Of a stretch of 64,000 nt of DNA, positions 52,501 through 63,052 are shown piece after piece. Made by a program: the position numbers and the translations under genes. Position 1 is the stretch's first letter, and each line of letters opens with the position of its first letter. Origin of the DNA: Tetramitus jugosus (Eukaryota; Protista; Heterolobosea); the NCBI GenBank assembly GCA_937625935.1, contig OW569389.1:1-64000 (forward strand), given 5' to 3'. The notes under the pieces are model-generated. The model saw only the letters and a program-made list of their open reading frames with translations. It searched no databases and had not been told where the DNA came from.

Positions 52501-53874
52501 CTATTCCTTCATTGGCTCCGTCTTTCTCTTAGAATCATCATCATCATCACCATCATCAGCAGCATCTTCATCATCTTGAAGGAACACCTTTGCAATGTTC
52601 ATTGAAAATGCTGATGGTGGAGAAGCAACACTATTGACCGAAGGAGATTGCTTCATCTTCTTTGCAATGACATCACCAATCGTCAAAAGCACATAGTTTA
52701 AACACTTTTTGACAAAGTAAAAAATGGGCAACGGTTTCGTATCGGGTGCCACAGGAGGCGGATTGGCCATCATTGCCAACACGATAAAAATCGGAAACAA
52801 CATTGCCCAGACACCAGCATTAATAAAGAATGGGAAAAAGTAACTTGTGAGAGCGTTGGGTGCTCCAAATCCCAACATGTACGCCCAATGTCTCTCAAAA
52901 TAGTTTAATCTCTGTTGCGTGTTATAATTCTTGTATGTCCACACATAGTCGAACGCATAGAACGCATAGAGCCAACTCGTTAGACACAATGATACAATTG
53001 GTCCAATAAAACTAGGCAAACTGCCCAATAAATTCATTTGCAACAAAAATACGAGCAACAATATGCTTCGATAGATGCCATCGGACACTTTATCCACAAT
53101 CACTGTCCTCGTTCTCGTCACATCATCCATTCCACTACTACTACTATTACTACTACTACTATTACTACTACTATTACTATTACCACTATTATTGTTACTC
53201 TTCAATGATGATGAAAAATCATCACTATTATTATTGAAACTATTTCTTGTGGAAGCTCTGTGATTTCGAAGATGAGCCACTTTTTGTGAATAACGATATG
53301 CCAAATCAGCCACATGATTGTACCATGATGTACACAGAGCTAAACTAATCGTGTACATTGGCCACATCCAAAACATGTTTTTTATAGAGAGATACAGTAT
53401 GGATAATAGTCCACTTCCTGTTGTTCTTGTTCTCGTCATTTCATCATTATGAGATGATGATGATGATGATGATGAAGAAGCAGTGATGGCTGAACCAATC
53501 AAGTGAAAAAAAAGTGGTGAAAAAATGTAGTCTAGGACGAGGATACTACCTACAAAGATGAGTCCATTCAATAGGAAACAACTCCTGAAAATGACTTGAA
53601 ATTTGGGTGATTTAGCAAATAGCTTCAACAAGTGAGTAATGTTGGAGGCGTCACTCCATCCCTTTGATAATTGATACCATGTGTCATTCATCATCTTCAT
53701 GTTGTTTTTCTTGTTGTTGTTGTTGTTATTGTAGCTTACACGTTTTTTCGTGATGGTGGATTTGTTGTTGTTACTATTGGTGTCATTTGTGGGAGAATCT
53801 GATGATGGGAGAACAACAACAGTTTTTTTTCGAGTTGTTGTTGTTGTTGGTGTGGTGATAGCATCATCAGACAT
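52501..53874 (-). CDS. EI24: EI24/PIG8 autophagy-associated membrane protein
   Basis: CFLLNGLIFVGSI, WMWPMY.IS....WY..VA, SWLYAFYAFDYVW, RLNYFERHWAYMLGFG.P and AMLFPIFI. Confidence 0.9.
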   Translation of the reverse strand: MSDDAITTPTTTTTRKKTVVVLPSSDSPTNDTNSNNNKSTITKKRVSYNNNNNNKKNNMKMMNDTWYQLSKGWSDASNITHLLKLFAKSPKFQVIFRSCFLLNGLIFVGSILVLDYIFSPLFFHLIGSAITASSSSSSSSSHNDEMTRTRTTGSGLLSILYLSIKNMFWMWPMYTISLALCTSWYNHVADLAYRYSQKVAHLRNHRASTRNSFNNNSDDFSSSLKSNNNSGNSNSSSNSSSSNSSSSGMDDVTRTRTVIVDKVSDGIYRSILLLVFLLQMNLLGSLPSFIGPIVSLCLTSWLYAFYAFDYVWTYKNYNTQQRLNYFERHWAYMLGFGAPNALTSYFFPFFINAGVWAMLFPIFIVLAMMANPPPVAPDTKPLPIFYFVKKCLNYVLLTIGDVIAKKMKQSPSVNSVASPPSAFSMNIAKVFLQDDEDAADDGDDDDDSKRKTEPMKE

Positions 53875-54302
53875 TGTGTGACAGCTCAAGTTGTGTGTTG
53901 GTGGTTGTTGGCGAAATGAAACCAAAAAGCTTTTTTTTCGAGTCGCCAGGAAGGAGGTGATACAACTTCATGTGATGAAGAGTTTTCTGAGGAACGGAGA
54001 TTGACCTATTCAGCCGTGTCACTGAATCAGATGTTCAACTAGACAATCTTCAGTGGATAGTTTTACTCCCAGGTCAAGTTCGTCCATGGAACCGATCGGT
54101 TTCCTGTAGTCATGATTGTAAAAACCATCCTGCTTCCTTCTTTTGATTGAAGTTCGGAAAGTTGGCGCCAACAAGAAAAAATCGTTCTTTTACGCTAATC
54201 ACCAACCGATTCTCACCCAAACCAAGAGACAAAAAAAACCAACAACAACGTGAGAAACAACACCCATCAACAACCAACAACCAATATATACAAAAACCAA
54301 CA

Positions 54303-55691
54303 ATGGAACAAAAACTAAGTCAAAATGGATGGAAAATGATCAAAAATTCTTCTCAAAACGATGTAGGTGTAACCGTACATGATATTGATTTCAGTTATCA
54401 TACCAGAACTGATGATCCTTGTAGTGTCATTCCTGATAAATTTTATAGCTCTCTTAAATATCAAGTAAAGGTATCGTTTACGTGTTCTTGTAAGGAACCA
54501 TTGGACATGGTCATGTGCCATGCTCAAGTCGTTGATGAAGACGGTGAAGAAGTGATCAAAAATGGAGAAACAATTTTGGCTGGTAAGTCTTCTCTTGCTC
54601 TTCAACCTAATCCAACTACAAAAACTTCAAAAAATGTGAAGAAAATTCAATTGAAGAGAAATTCTTCCTCCTTTAATAGTAGTAGCGTGAATCAACTCGG
54701 TGGAGATGCCAGTGGTCAAGTGCTGCCCAAACTACTCACTACCACAACCAAGATGCAGATTACGGATGTGTCCTATCATCACTCCAAGAAGAGCTTTTGT
54801 CTTCAATTGTCATTTGCTGCTCCATTGAACAATTTTGCAAGCCCTATTGTCATTCTTCGGAGTAGACCATTCCAAGTCTATGCCAGAAGAAACAATTACA
54901 AGCCAAAAAAGGAGAACAAGGTTGCTCTTGCTGCTCCCGTCTGTGCACCTGCTTCTTCCTCTCCACTGCTGAGTGAATCAAGTGTTTTCCACATGATGAA
55001 CACACCTGCACCCATCACATTATCCAAGAGAGTGAGATCATCTCAAGCAGATGATGAACAAGCAGTCAACAAGAGAATCAAATTGTCATCACCTCTCACA
55101 GATGACAATCATCCTACTATTACTCATGATACGAATAATGATTCATGGCTCATGAACAGTGGAAATGAACATTCAATTGATCACATCATGTTGGGCAATC
55201 ATCAACTCAGTCTAGATCAATACATGAAGGCACTCGTGGATTTCTCCAAAACGATTCAACTCAATGACAATCATCATGATGTGCCTCTTGCGTCCACATT
55301 TGAGCAGGATTGTCTCGATTTTAGTGATGACTTGCCTGCGTCATCGATACCTCATTCATCACACGAATACTACACTTCAACATCAGATGAAGCATCATTG
55401 AAAAAATACATGATTGGTGAAGACCATCAACAATCATCAGAAGACTACCAGAGCATGGTACCAAAAGGTACTTGTTATTTTGAAGATTTTTTTTCAGATG
55501 ATTTCACAAACCATTATACTAACAATGATACAGCTATTGTGTTTCATGAAGAACCAACAGTAGAAAGCAGTCAATCAGAAGAAGAAGATGAGATTGATAT
55601 CCTGTCCAACAACAACATGGACAAGAATGATTCATTGTTTAGTCACACTCCAAGTCATAGCCATTACCTATTGGCTCAAGATCTGTGGTAA
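54303..55691 (+). CDS. Putative transcription factor with an N-terminal beta-sandwich DNA-binding-like domain
   Basis: Compact beta-rich domain (WKMIKNS, FYSSLKY, ILAG, KMQITDVSYHH, SRPFQVYARR), bipartite NLS (KRVR...KRIK) and a long acidic disordered tail. Confidence 0.6.
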   Translation: MEQKLSQNGWKMIKNSSQNDVGVTVHDIDFSYHTRTDDPCSVIPDKFYSSLKYQVKVSFTCSCKEPLDMVMCHAQVVDEDGEEVIKNGETILAGKSSLALQPNPTTKTSKNVKKIQLKRNSSSFNSSSVNQLGGDASGQVLPKLLTTTTKMQITDVSYHHSKKSFCLQLSFAAPLNNFASPIVILRSRPFQVYARRNNYKPKKENKVALAAPVCAPASSSPLLSESSVFHMMNTPAPITLSKRVRSSQADDEQAVNKRIKLSSPLTDDNHPTITHDTNNDSWLMNSGNEHSIDHIMLGNHQLSLDQYMKALVDFSKTIQLNDNHHDVPLASTFEQDCLDFSDDLPASSIPHSSHEYYTSTSDEASLKKYMIGEDHQQSSEDYQSMVPKGTCYFEDFFSDDFTNHYTNNDTAIVFHEEPTVESSQSEEEDEIDILSNNNMDKNDSLFSHTPSHSHYLLAQDLW

Positions 55692-56505
55692 TCATTCATA
55701 AGAGATGTGTGTTATTTTGTAGTGTTATTGTGGTTGCAACAACCAGATACCTCTAACTCTCTTTGTGCAAGATTCTTTTTGCAATTTACATGTTTCTCGA
55801 GAATGCTTCAAACAAATTCTCAACAGAACAGACAGACTTGATGAACAAACAGGTGTGAACGAGTGTGTGGACAAAAACTCCTCCAGTTTACGATTGACAA
55901 CTGTGTGTAAATATCAACCTTCTTTTTCATATGTTATAGCTCTTGCATCTCTTCTTTACTGACCTTTTTCTATCTCAGAATGTCTTTGTAAGTACTTTCG
56001 CGTTTTGGCGTGTCTTTTGTTCCTTTTTGTTTTGTGTGGTGGTCTCTGGTTGGGCCTTTTCTTTGGGTCCTTGTTTCTTCTGTGGTCGTAGTGCGTCTTA
56101 TCGGAATAAAAAACTGTTATTTGATCTGAAGTATGAGGTTTTATTTTATAAATGGACTTGGGAATGTCCCAGGATGGAAACAAAGTTACCAATATGCAAA
56201 AACGAGCATTACCACTACCCAGCATGACAGTATTGTCCAATGGAGTTTGGATTCCAATGCGCAAAAGGCATGGTGTGCACACAGTTCAAAAGCGTGAATT
56301 CACCACAACCAAAACATTGGTCACTACAACAGCTGCACCGAACCATCATATCATCATGCCAAGTAGTAGTAGCTCACGAAATTCCACAACAGTTCAAACA
56401 ACGATCTATCGGGCAGGAAGCATCTATTCGATCGAAAAGATCAAAAAATCCACCACCCAAAAATCAAAAAACAATTATTGGTTCAATCATTATACTCTGA
56501 CAAGA

Positions 56506-58641
56506 ATGAACAATTCTTTACCAACAACAACAACAACAACATCATCATCATCACAACTGCAAGAACAACAAAAACTGCATGTGAGCACAGAAGATGCCCT
56601 ATTGCATCACACACTCATGTACTCCAAATCTTCTCTCGTTTGTCATTACACGAATCAACTAGAGAATGAGATGACGTGTCTCACAGAGTACCTTGATCAT
56701 CATGAGAATGGTGGTGATGATCATCGCACAACAAGAACAACAATCAGTCATCATACTGCTAGTAGTAGTAGTAGTAGTAGTGATGTTCTCTTTAATCAAA
56801 ATGTGAATCTATTGTTTAGATATCACTGTATTCTTGTTGGTGTTCACTTGTTGAATGGCAATTTGGACAAGGCTCATTATCATGCATCAGAGCTCGAGAG
56901 GATGCTCACAAGAGATCAAGATGAAAATCATGATCATAACAACAAGAACAAGAACAAGAACAAGAATAGTAGTAACGGAAGGGAGGAAGACGTGTTAGCT
57001 TCCAACGCACAAAACGGTAGTTGGAAGCTCTCAGAAGAGAACAAATTATTTAGCGGTTGTTTGTTCGGTTGGTTGTACGGTGATTTGGAGCGCGCCATTT
57101 GTATTCACGAAACGCTCATTCAGAAATTTCCCCGAAATTTGTTTTGCTTGTTTTTTGTGTATCAGCATGCGATTGTATTGTATCGCTTGCGTTGGTTGTG
57201 CGACATGTTTGATCAATACATTGCGCCAGCTTTTTCGTTGGATGCTCCGAGCTCGAAAAATTGGACGCGACAATCCATGGAGGACAACCAGAAAAATTGG
57301 ATTGATTTTCAGTTTGGCTATTATGTCAAGGGCATGTACTGTTTCGTTCTCGAAGAAATGAACCAAATGGAGAAGGCGGAGAAAACAGGATGGGACGCGT
57401 TGGAACATTACAATGACTTTACAAAGTTTGTATCGGGGAACAAGGAAGCGGTTTCTGGAGTAGACAGTGATCATTTGGAGTTTATTCAACCATGGGCTCA
57501 CCATAGCTTGTGTCACGTGTTTCATACCAATGGTCGCTTCACCGAGGGAATCGACTTTATGGAGTTGCATCGCAACGATTGGAACACGTGCAATGCATTC
57601 TTGCAGACGCACAACAATTGGCACTTGGCACTGTTGTATTTGGATCGAAATCATGCCGGAGACTTGGACAAGTGCATGCAATTGTACAAGCAACACATTT
57701 GGATTGATCAGAGCTTTGATGAACGAGAGGATGCTGATCAATCAGGAGAAAACAGTTGGAAGGATGATGCTGGAGTGCAGTGCGGTGCAGTGAATTTGCT
57801 GTGGAAGATGGATTTTTGTCAGATTGCCAATCAGATGAACAACAATTCTTCTCAAAAGGGTTCGTTGATTGATCATTCAATGGATATCTTGTGGGACGAT
57901 TTGTCAAGTTACTGCGAACAATTGATTGACAAGCATTTGAGTGGTTATATCGATTTTCATTATGCGTACTTGTTGGCCAGAAATTATCTGAGAGGCTTGT
58001 GCAGCAAAGAGGACATTCACGATTTTGATGAAGCGCTGGTGAATCAGACTATTCCTGATTCCAATGACAATCTATACATGAAGAACAAGAGAAATGTGAC
58101 GAGAGATATGGTCATACCTATTGCTCGAGGAATTATTTACTACTTGTCTCAGCAATTCGAAGAGTCGTATCAACAAATGAGACATTTGTTTGAGCAGAAT
58201 TTGGATACTGGTTTTCTTGGAAATCCAAACTATAAACACAATGGATTAGGTGGATCACAGGCTCAGAGAGAAGTATTAGGGGACTTGTGGGTTCAAGTGC
58301 TGATCGAGAGTGGCAGGAATAAGCAAGCAGTGCAGGAGTTAAAGACGAGACATGACTATCAAGCAAGTACAAAGGATGACGATCGATATGAAATGGCTTC
58401 TATATCGAAGAATCAATTCCAATTGGCATCTCGAAATGAACACCTAAAGCAAGAACAAGTCGAAAAGATCAACTTGGAACGCGCGTTTACTTTCAAGCAA
58501 CCAATGACTGCTTCGTTAGAATCAACAAGAGCAACATCATTGCCAAAGTCACCCAGAGAGCACAAACACAAAGGTCCAATTACATCACAAATATCAGGTG
58601 AAAGTGAAGATACAGTATCGTCCATGGCTGCTAACTCTTAG
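56506..58641 (+). CDS. TTC38: TTC38-like TPR protein (start uncertain; ORF open from 56152)
   Basis: GMYCFVLEE, PWAHHSLCHV..GRF.EG..FM, THNNWHLAL, NLLWK, DFH and GGSQAQREV. Confidence 0.85.
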   Translation: MNNSLPTTTTTTSSSSQLQEQQKLHVSTEDALLHHTLMYSKSSLVCHYTNQLENEMTCLTEYLDHHENGGDDHRTTRTTISHHTASSSSSSSDVLFNQNVNLLFRYHCILVGVHLLNGNLDKAHYHASELERMLTRDQDENHDHNNKNKNKNKNSSNGREEDVLASNAQNGSWKLSEENKLFSGCLFGWLYGDLERAICIHETLIQKFPRNLFCLFFVYQHAIVLYRLRWLCDMFDQYIAPAFSLDAPSSKNWTRQSMEDNQKNWIDFQFGYYVKGMYCFVLEEMNQMEKAEKTGWDALEHYNDFTKFVSGNKEAVSGVDSDHLEFIQPWAHHSLCHVFHTNGRFTEGIDFMELHRNDWNTCNAFLQTHNNWHLALLYLDRNHAGDLDKCMQLYKQHIWIDQSFDEREDADQSGENSWKDDAGVQCGAVNLLWKMDFCQIANQMNNNSSQKGSLIDHSMDILWDDLSSYCEQLIDKHLSGYIDFHYAYLLARNYLRGLCSKEDIHDFDEALVNQTIPDSNDNLYMKNKRNVTRDMVIPIARGIIYYLSQQFEESYQQMRHLFEQNLDTGFLGNPNYKHNGLGGSQAQREVLGDLWVQVLIESGRNKQAVQELKTRHDYQASTKDDDRYEMASISKNQFQLASRNEHLKQEQVEKINLERAFTFKQPMTASLESTRATSLPKSPREHKHKGPITSQISGESEDTVSSMAANS

Positions 58642-58979
58642 AACATGCGAGAATCATTGTAAATATTTATGCACTTAACACATTGTTTGTTGTAAGTAAT
58701 CGTACATTAGTTTGTGATTGATCTTTAGAATGGAATAGTTACCTTACAACCTTCTCGTAAAGAACAATAGGTGGTTGTTTGAGGATTCTTTGTTCGAATG
58801 GTCACTCGATGACGACCAATGACTGAAATGGATATTCTGTTTTCTCTTTGGCCAGGAAAATCTACGAAACTCAGAGTTCTCTTGTAGTCTCCGACCTCGA
58901 GGTTTCCACTTGAGCTGCTCGGAGTTTTTGGTTTTATGCAAGAAATCACGGAAAATCGGGTCAGCAGAAAAGTGAACTA

Positions 58980-61900
58980 ATGAGGATTGTGACAACGCGT
59001 GTGTCATTTTTTGAGATACTTTTTCTCACAATATTCTTCTTGTCAATAGTGACAATAATCTCTGTTGAATCCTCCAGTAGAAGGAGAAGAATTGCATCTT
59101 CTGTTGTTTACTCATGTAAGCCATCGGTAGATTACGGCTTGTATGGGAGTAACATTACCATGACAGCTCCTGAAGTCAAGGCCGTGGATTTGGTGAGTTC
59201 ATTCTTTCGAGAGGTCAATTTAACAATGATCACTGCAGGAAAGTCACATTCTGCAGCAGTGGATCCTCAAGATGAGTTAAGCACAGTGTACACTTGGGGA
59301 GCCAACGATGTTGGCCAATTGGGCGATGGTAGTTCCATAGGTCGAGCAGTACCCACTCCCATTTATTTCTTCAAGGATGAACATCCTTCATCTGTTGTGC
59401 AATTGGTGTCTGGTCACAACCACATGTTGATGTTGAGAAGCGATGGAAAGATGTATGCTTGGGGTGTGAACGAGGAAGGACAGCTTGGTGATGCATCAAA
59501 AATCGATAAGAGTACTCCCGTACGGGTGTATATGGATGGTGTGTTGAATGGCAAAGTGATTACCCAGATGGCAGCAAGTGAAGCTCATTCACTTGCATTG
59601 GCAAGCGATGGCAGGATCTTTGCATGGGGAAAGAATCTCCAAGGGCAACTGGGAGATGGAACCCAAAGAGTGGAAGCAACGGTTCCTGTTGCTGTCAATA
59701 TGAGTGCATTTAATGATAAAGTGGTTACTCAAATTGTTGCCACTGCTTCTCTCTCACTGGCTCTCACGAGTGACGGCACAGTATTTTTTTGGGGAGTGAG
59801 CCACCACGTGGGAGCCGCCATAAGTTCATATGTTCCAGTTGCTATCGATTTCGGCAATGTACTGCAGGGAAACTTCGTCACTCAAATTGCTGTTGGATAC
59901 TCGCACACGGTGGTGCTTTCAAATGACTCCAAGATGTACGCTTGGGGTAGCGGCGGGTATGGACAACTGGGCCATTTGGACTCAAAAAAGAGCCAGGTTC
60001 CAGCTGCAGTGGACATGAGTGGTCAAATATCTGGAAAGATAGTGATTCAAATTGCAGCTGGAGGATATCACAGTCTGGCTTTGACGAGTGATGGTCTGTT
60101 GTTTGGTTGGGGTAAAAATCAGGAAGGTCAACTTGATAGTACATTGAAGAATCACTTCACTCCTGCTCTTCTTGAGATTAATACATTGATCAATGCTTTG
60201 AATGACTCAATTATTCAAGTCGTAGCTGGTGAAGATCACACATTGATATTGACAAGGAAGGGCAAGAGTTATTCGTGGGGAAAGAATGAAGAAGGTCAGT
60301 TGGGAAATGGAAGGAAAGAATTTAGCTCTAATTCTGTGGCAGTTGGTATGACTGGTGTATTGAACAATAAGACGATAACCAACATTGTTGCAAGAGCGGG
60401 AGTACAGGGGATAACTGCAACAGAACACTTCGTTGCTTTGACGGGCGATGGAAATGTATATTCTTGGGGAACAAATGTAATGGGGGAGGTTGGAGATGGA
60501 ACAGTGATCACAAAACGATTTCCTGTGAGTGTTGACATGAGTGGCGTTTTGAAAGACAGGATCATCACACAAATCACTCTCGGAAATTTCTTTACTGTTG
60601 CAGCAGCAGATGATGGAACTTTGTATGCTTGGGGAATTAATAATGATGGGCAGTTGGGAGATGGAACGTATCGGGCCAGGCGTCAACCTGTGGCAGTTTT
60701 CATGAATGGCGCGTTGAGTGGTAGGAATGTTACTAAAGTCGTCGCAGGGAAATGGCATGTTATGTCAATTGCGAATGATGGTAACATGTACTCTTGGGGA
60801 TTCAATGACGGTGGCCAACTAGGAGATGGAACAATTCTAATCAGAAAGCTCCCGGTTGCTGTCGTCATGAAGGGAGGGTTGAAAGATAAGAGAGTAGTTC
60901 AACTTACAGCAGGTAGTTCATACACGGTTGCATTAACGAGCGATGGGGCACTGTATTTCTGGGGTAGTAATACGTGTGGCATGCTTAAGAATAGCATGTT
61001 TGAATTTAGAACGTTTCCGACCGAAGTAGATAAGAATGACATTTTGCAAGATAAAAACATTACGTATATGACAGCAGGAAAAACTCACACAACGATACTG
61101 ACAAGTGACAATCAGATATACTCTTGGGGTTTGAGTGATTTTGGTGTTTATATACCGTTTGAGAATCGACCTGTGAGATTGAGCATGAATGGATTGTTGA
61201 ATGGGAAAGCAGTATCTCAGTTCATTGTGAATGATGAGTGTATGATCGCTCTCACCAAAGATGGCAAGGTTGGTTATTGGGACATTGAAGGAAACTATTC
61301 AACTTGGATCAGAACGAGTAACGTAAATCCAGATCATGGAATATCGAGTCTATTCCTTGGTGCGGGCACAATGGGATTCCTTGGAGTGACATGTGAGCAA
61401 GGATACCACGGTCAAGATTGCGAACTTTTCGAATGTTATGGCATTGAACCCAAGGATGAGAAAAGAGTTTGTTCTGGAAAGGGATCATGTGTTGATTTGG
61501 ATACTTGTGAATGCATTTCAGGATACTCTGGATTGAACTGTTCCTATCCAATTTGCAATGGATATTCGAGCAATGACCAGAATGTTTGTTCATCCAATGG
61601 AGTATGTCACAGTCCAAACAAGTGTATTTGTAACCACGGATATCATGGTGAAACGTGTGCTTCAAACTTGAGACCCCTTTGGACATTGCCAATTTTAGGA
61701 ATGCTTTTGTTCATTGCATTCATCATTGTTTTTATCGTGCTTGGATTACATGTCAGAAGGAGAAGAAGAGAAGAACAAATGAAATCCGAGCTGAAAGCAT
61801 GTTTATTGGAGGAAATGGGTGAACATGATGTTGACAACGATTTTGAAAGAGGAGACTTTTACATTGACATGAAAGAGATCAAACTGATCAATCGTATTTC

Positions 61901-62750
61901 AGAAGGAGCATTCGGAGTTGTATTCAAAGGAGAGTGGAAGAGTAACATGGTTGCTGTGAAGAAGATGAAAGTATCAGATGATGAATCATTCATCAGGGAA
62001 GTTTCCATTCTCCAGAGTTTACGACATCCCAATATTCTTTACTTGTATGGATATTCTTCAAATGACAGTGGAGACAAATTCTTGATCACTGAATATGCTG
62101 TGAATGGAAGTTTGGACAAATTGATTCACAAGGGAAATCAATCTCTCAAAGACTTTGATCAAAAGATGAACGTGCTATGTCAGATTGCTGATACAATGGC
62201 TTATTTGCATGGAAGGAATCCTCGAATTGTTCACAGAGACTTGAAACCTCAGAATATTTTGCTGGGTGAGAATAATCATGTCAGAATATGTGACTTTGGT
62301 CTCAGCAAGATCACTGATTCTTCGTTTACAATGGGAAGATCTTATGGAACAATTGAGTATTGTGCCCCAGAGTTGTTGGCACATCAAGGGCATGATGAAA
62401 GTGTTGATATTTTCAGTTTTGGCATCATCATGCACGAAATGTTCATCTTGGCACCTCCGTATTCTCAACATGAATACTCATCAGTGTTCACATTGGGAGT
62501 GGATATCGTGAGAGGATCGAGACCTCCTCTGCAGTTCGATCCATTCAATTCTGAATCAAATGATTCTAAAGTTCTTGTGGATTTCTTTTTGCAGAGCAAC
62601 ACAACCAATATGCTTCCTTCTGATATTCCTCTTGTTGTCCAAGACTTTTACAGTCTTGTCACACGATGTTGGGATGCAGATGTCAGCAAGAGACCATCGT
62701 TTGAAGAAATAACAACAGAGTTGGACGCAATCAAAAGGAGGGATGCATGA
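58980..62750 (+). CDS. Receptor kinase: RCC1/BLIP-II repeats - EGF repeats - TM - TKL kinase
   Basis: Signal peptide, about 13 'YAWG.N..GQLGDG' repeats, EGF repeats, TM, then EGAFG, VAVK, HRDLKPQN, DFG, APE and CW..RPSF. Confidence 0.95.
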   Translation: MRIVTTRVSFFEILFLTIFFLSIVTIISVESSSRRRRIASSVVYSCKPSVDYGLYGSNITMTAPEVKAVDLVSSFFREVNLTMITAGKSHSAAVDPQDELSTVYTWGANDVGQLGDGSSIGRAVPTPIYFFKDEHPSSVVQLVSGHNHMLMLRSDGKMYAWGVNEEGQLGDASKIDKSTPVRVYMDGVLNGKVITQMAASEAHSLALASDGRIFAWGKNLQGQLGDGTQRVEATVPVAVNMSAFNDKVVTQIVATASLSLALTSDGTVFFWGVSHHVGAAISSYVPVAIDFGNVLQGNFVTQIAVGYSHTVVLSNDSKMYAWGSGGYGQLGHLDSKKSQVPAAVDMSGQISGKIVIQIAAGGYHSLALTSDGLLFGWGKNQEGQLDSTLKNHFTPALLEINTLINALNDSIIQVVAGEDHTLILTRKGKSYSWGKNEEGQLGNGRKEFSSNSVAVGMTGVLNNKTITNIVARAGVQGITATEHFVALTGDGNVYSWGTNVMGEVGDGTVITKRFPVSVDMSGVLKDRIITQITLGNFFTVAAADDGTLYAWGINNDGQLGDGTYRARRQPVAVFMNGALSGRNVTKVVAGKWHVMSIANDGNMYSWGFNDGGQLGDGTILIRKLPVAVVMKGGLKDKRVVQLTAGSSYTVALTSDGALYFWGSNTCGMLKNSMFEFRTFPTEVDKNDILQDKNITYMTAGKTHTTILTSDNQIYSWGLSDFGVYIPFENRPVRLSMNGLLNGKAVSQFIVNDECMIALTKDGKVGYWDIEGNYSTWIRTSNVNPDHGISSLFLGAGTMGFLGVTCEQGYHGQDCELFECYGIEPKDEKRVCSGKGSCVDLDTCECISGYSGLNCSYPICNGYSSNDQNVCSSNGVCHSPNKCICNHGYHGETCASNLRPLWTLPILGMLLFIAFIIVFIVLGLHVRRRRREEQMKSELKACLLEEMGEHDVDNDFERGDFYIDMKEIKLINRISEGAFGVVFKGEWKSNMVAVKKMKVSDDESFIREVSILQSLRHPNILYLYGYSSNDSGDKFLITEYAVNGSLDKLIHKGNQSLKDFDQKMNVLCQIADTMAYLHGRNPRIVHRDLKPQNILLGENNHVRICDFGLSKITDSSFTMGRSYGTIEYCAPELLAHQGHDESVDIFSFGIIMHEMFILAPPYSQHEYSSVFTLGVDIVRGSRPPLQFDPFNSESNDSKVLVDFFLQSNTTNMLPSDIPLVVQDFYSLVTRCWDADVSKRPSFEEITTELDAIKRRDA

Positions 62751-63052
62751 TGTTGTAAGTACCAGTGTTATTGAGTGTTTGGAGAGAAATACAATTAGAG
62801 TAAAAGAATTGTAAGAAGCTTTGATGGATCTAGCAGTTTTCTATCCTTGTTTCATCATTCTATTCTGTCATTTTGGATACACTCATTGAAGAATGCATAG
62901 TACATCTTTTTTATCATTTTGGATAGAAGTCATTCCTTTTCCCTCAAACAATTGGTCACTATGAGCGACGGAAAGTTCGAGACATACAACATTGAGGAGT
63001 GTATCACATGAGCGAGTGTGATGGTGTGAGTGTCTTCAAGTCCTCTCCCTTT

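Noticed and set aside
22100-57000. Poly-V/I/L/M ORFs antisense to (AAC)n, (AGT)n and (CAT)n tracts, and other nested short ORFs
   Set aside because: Shadows of real genes with trinucleotide low-complexity regions.
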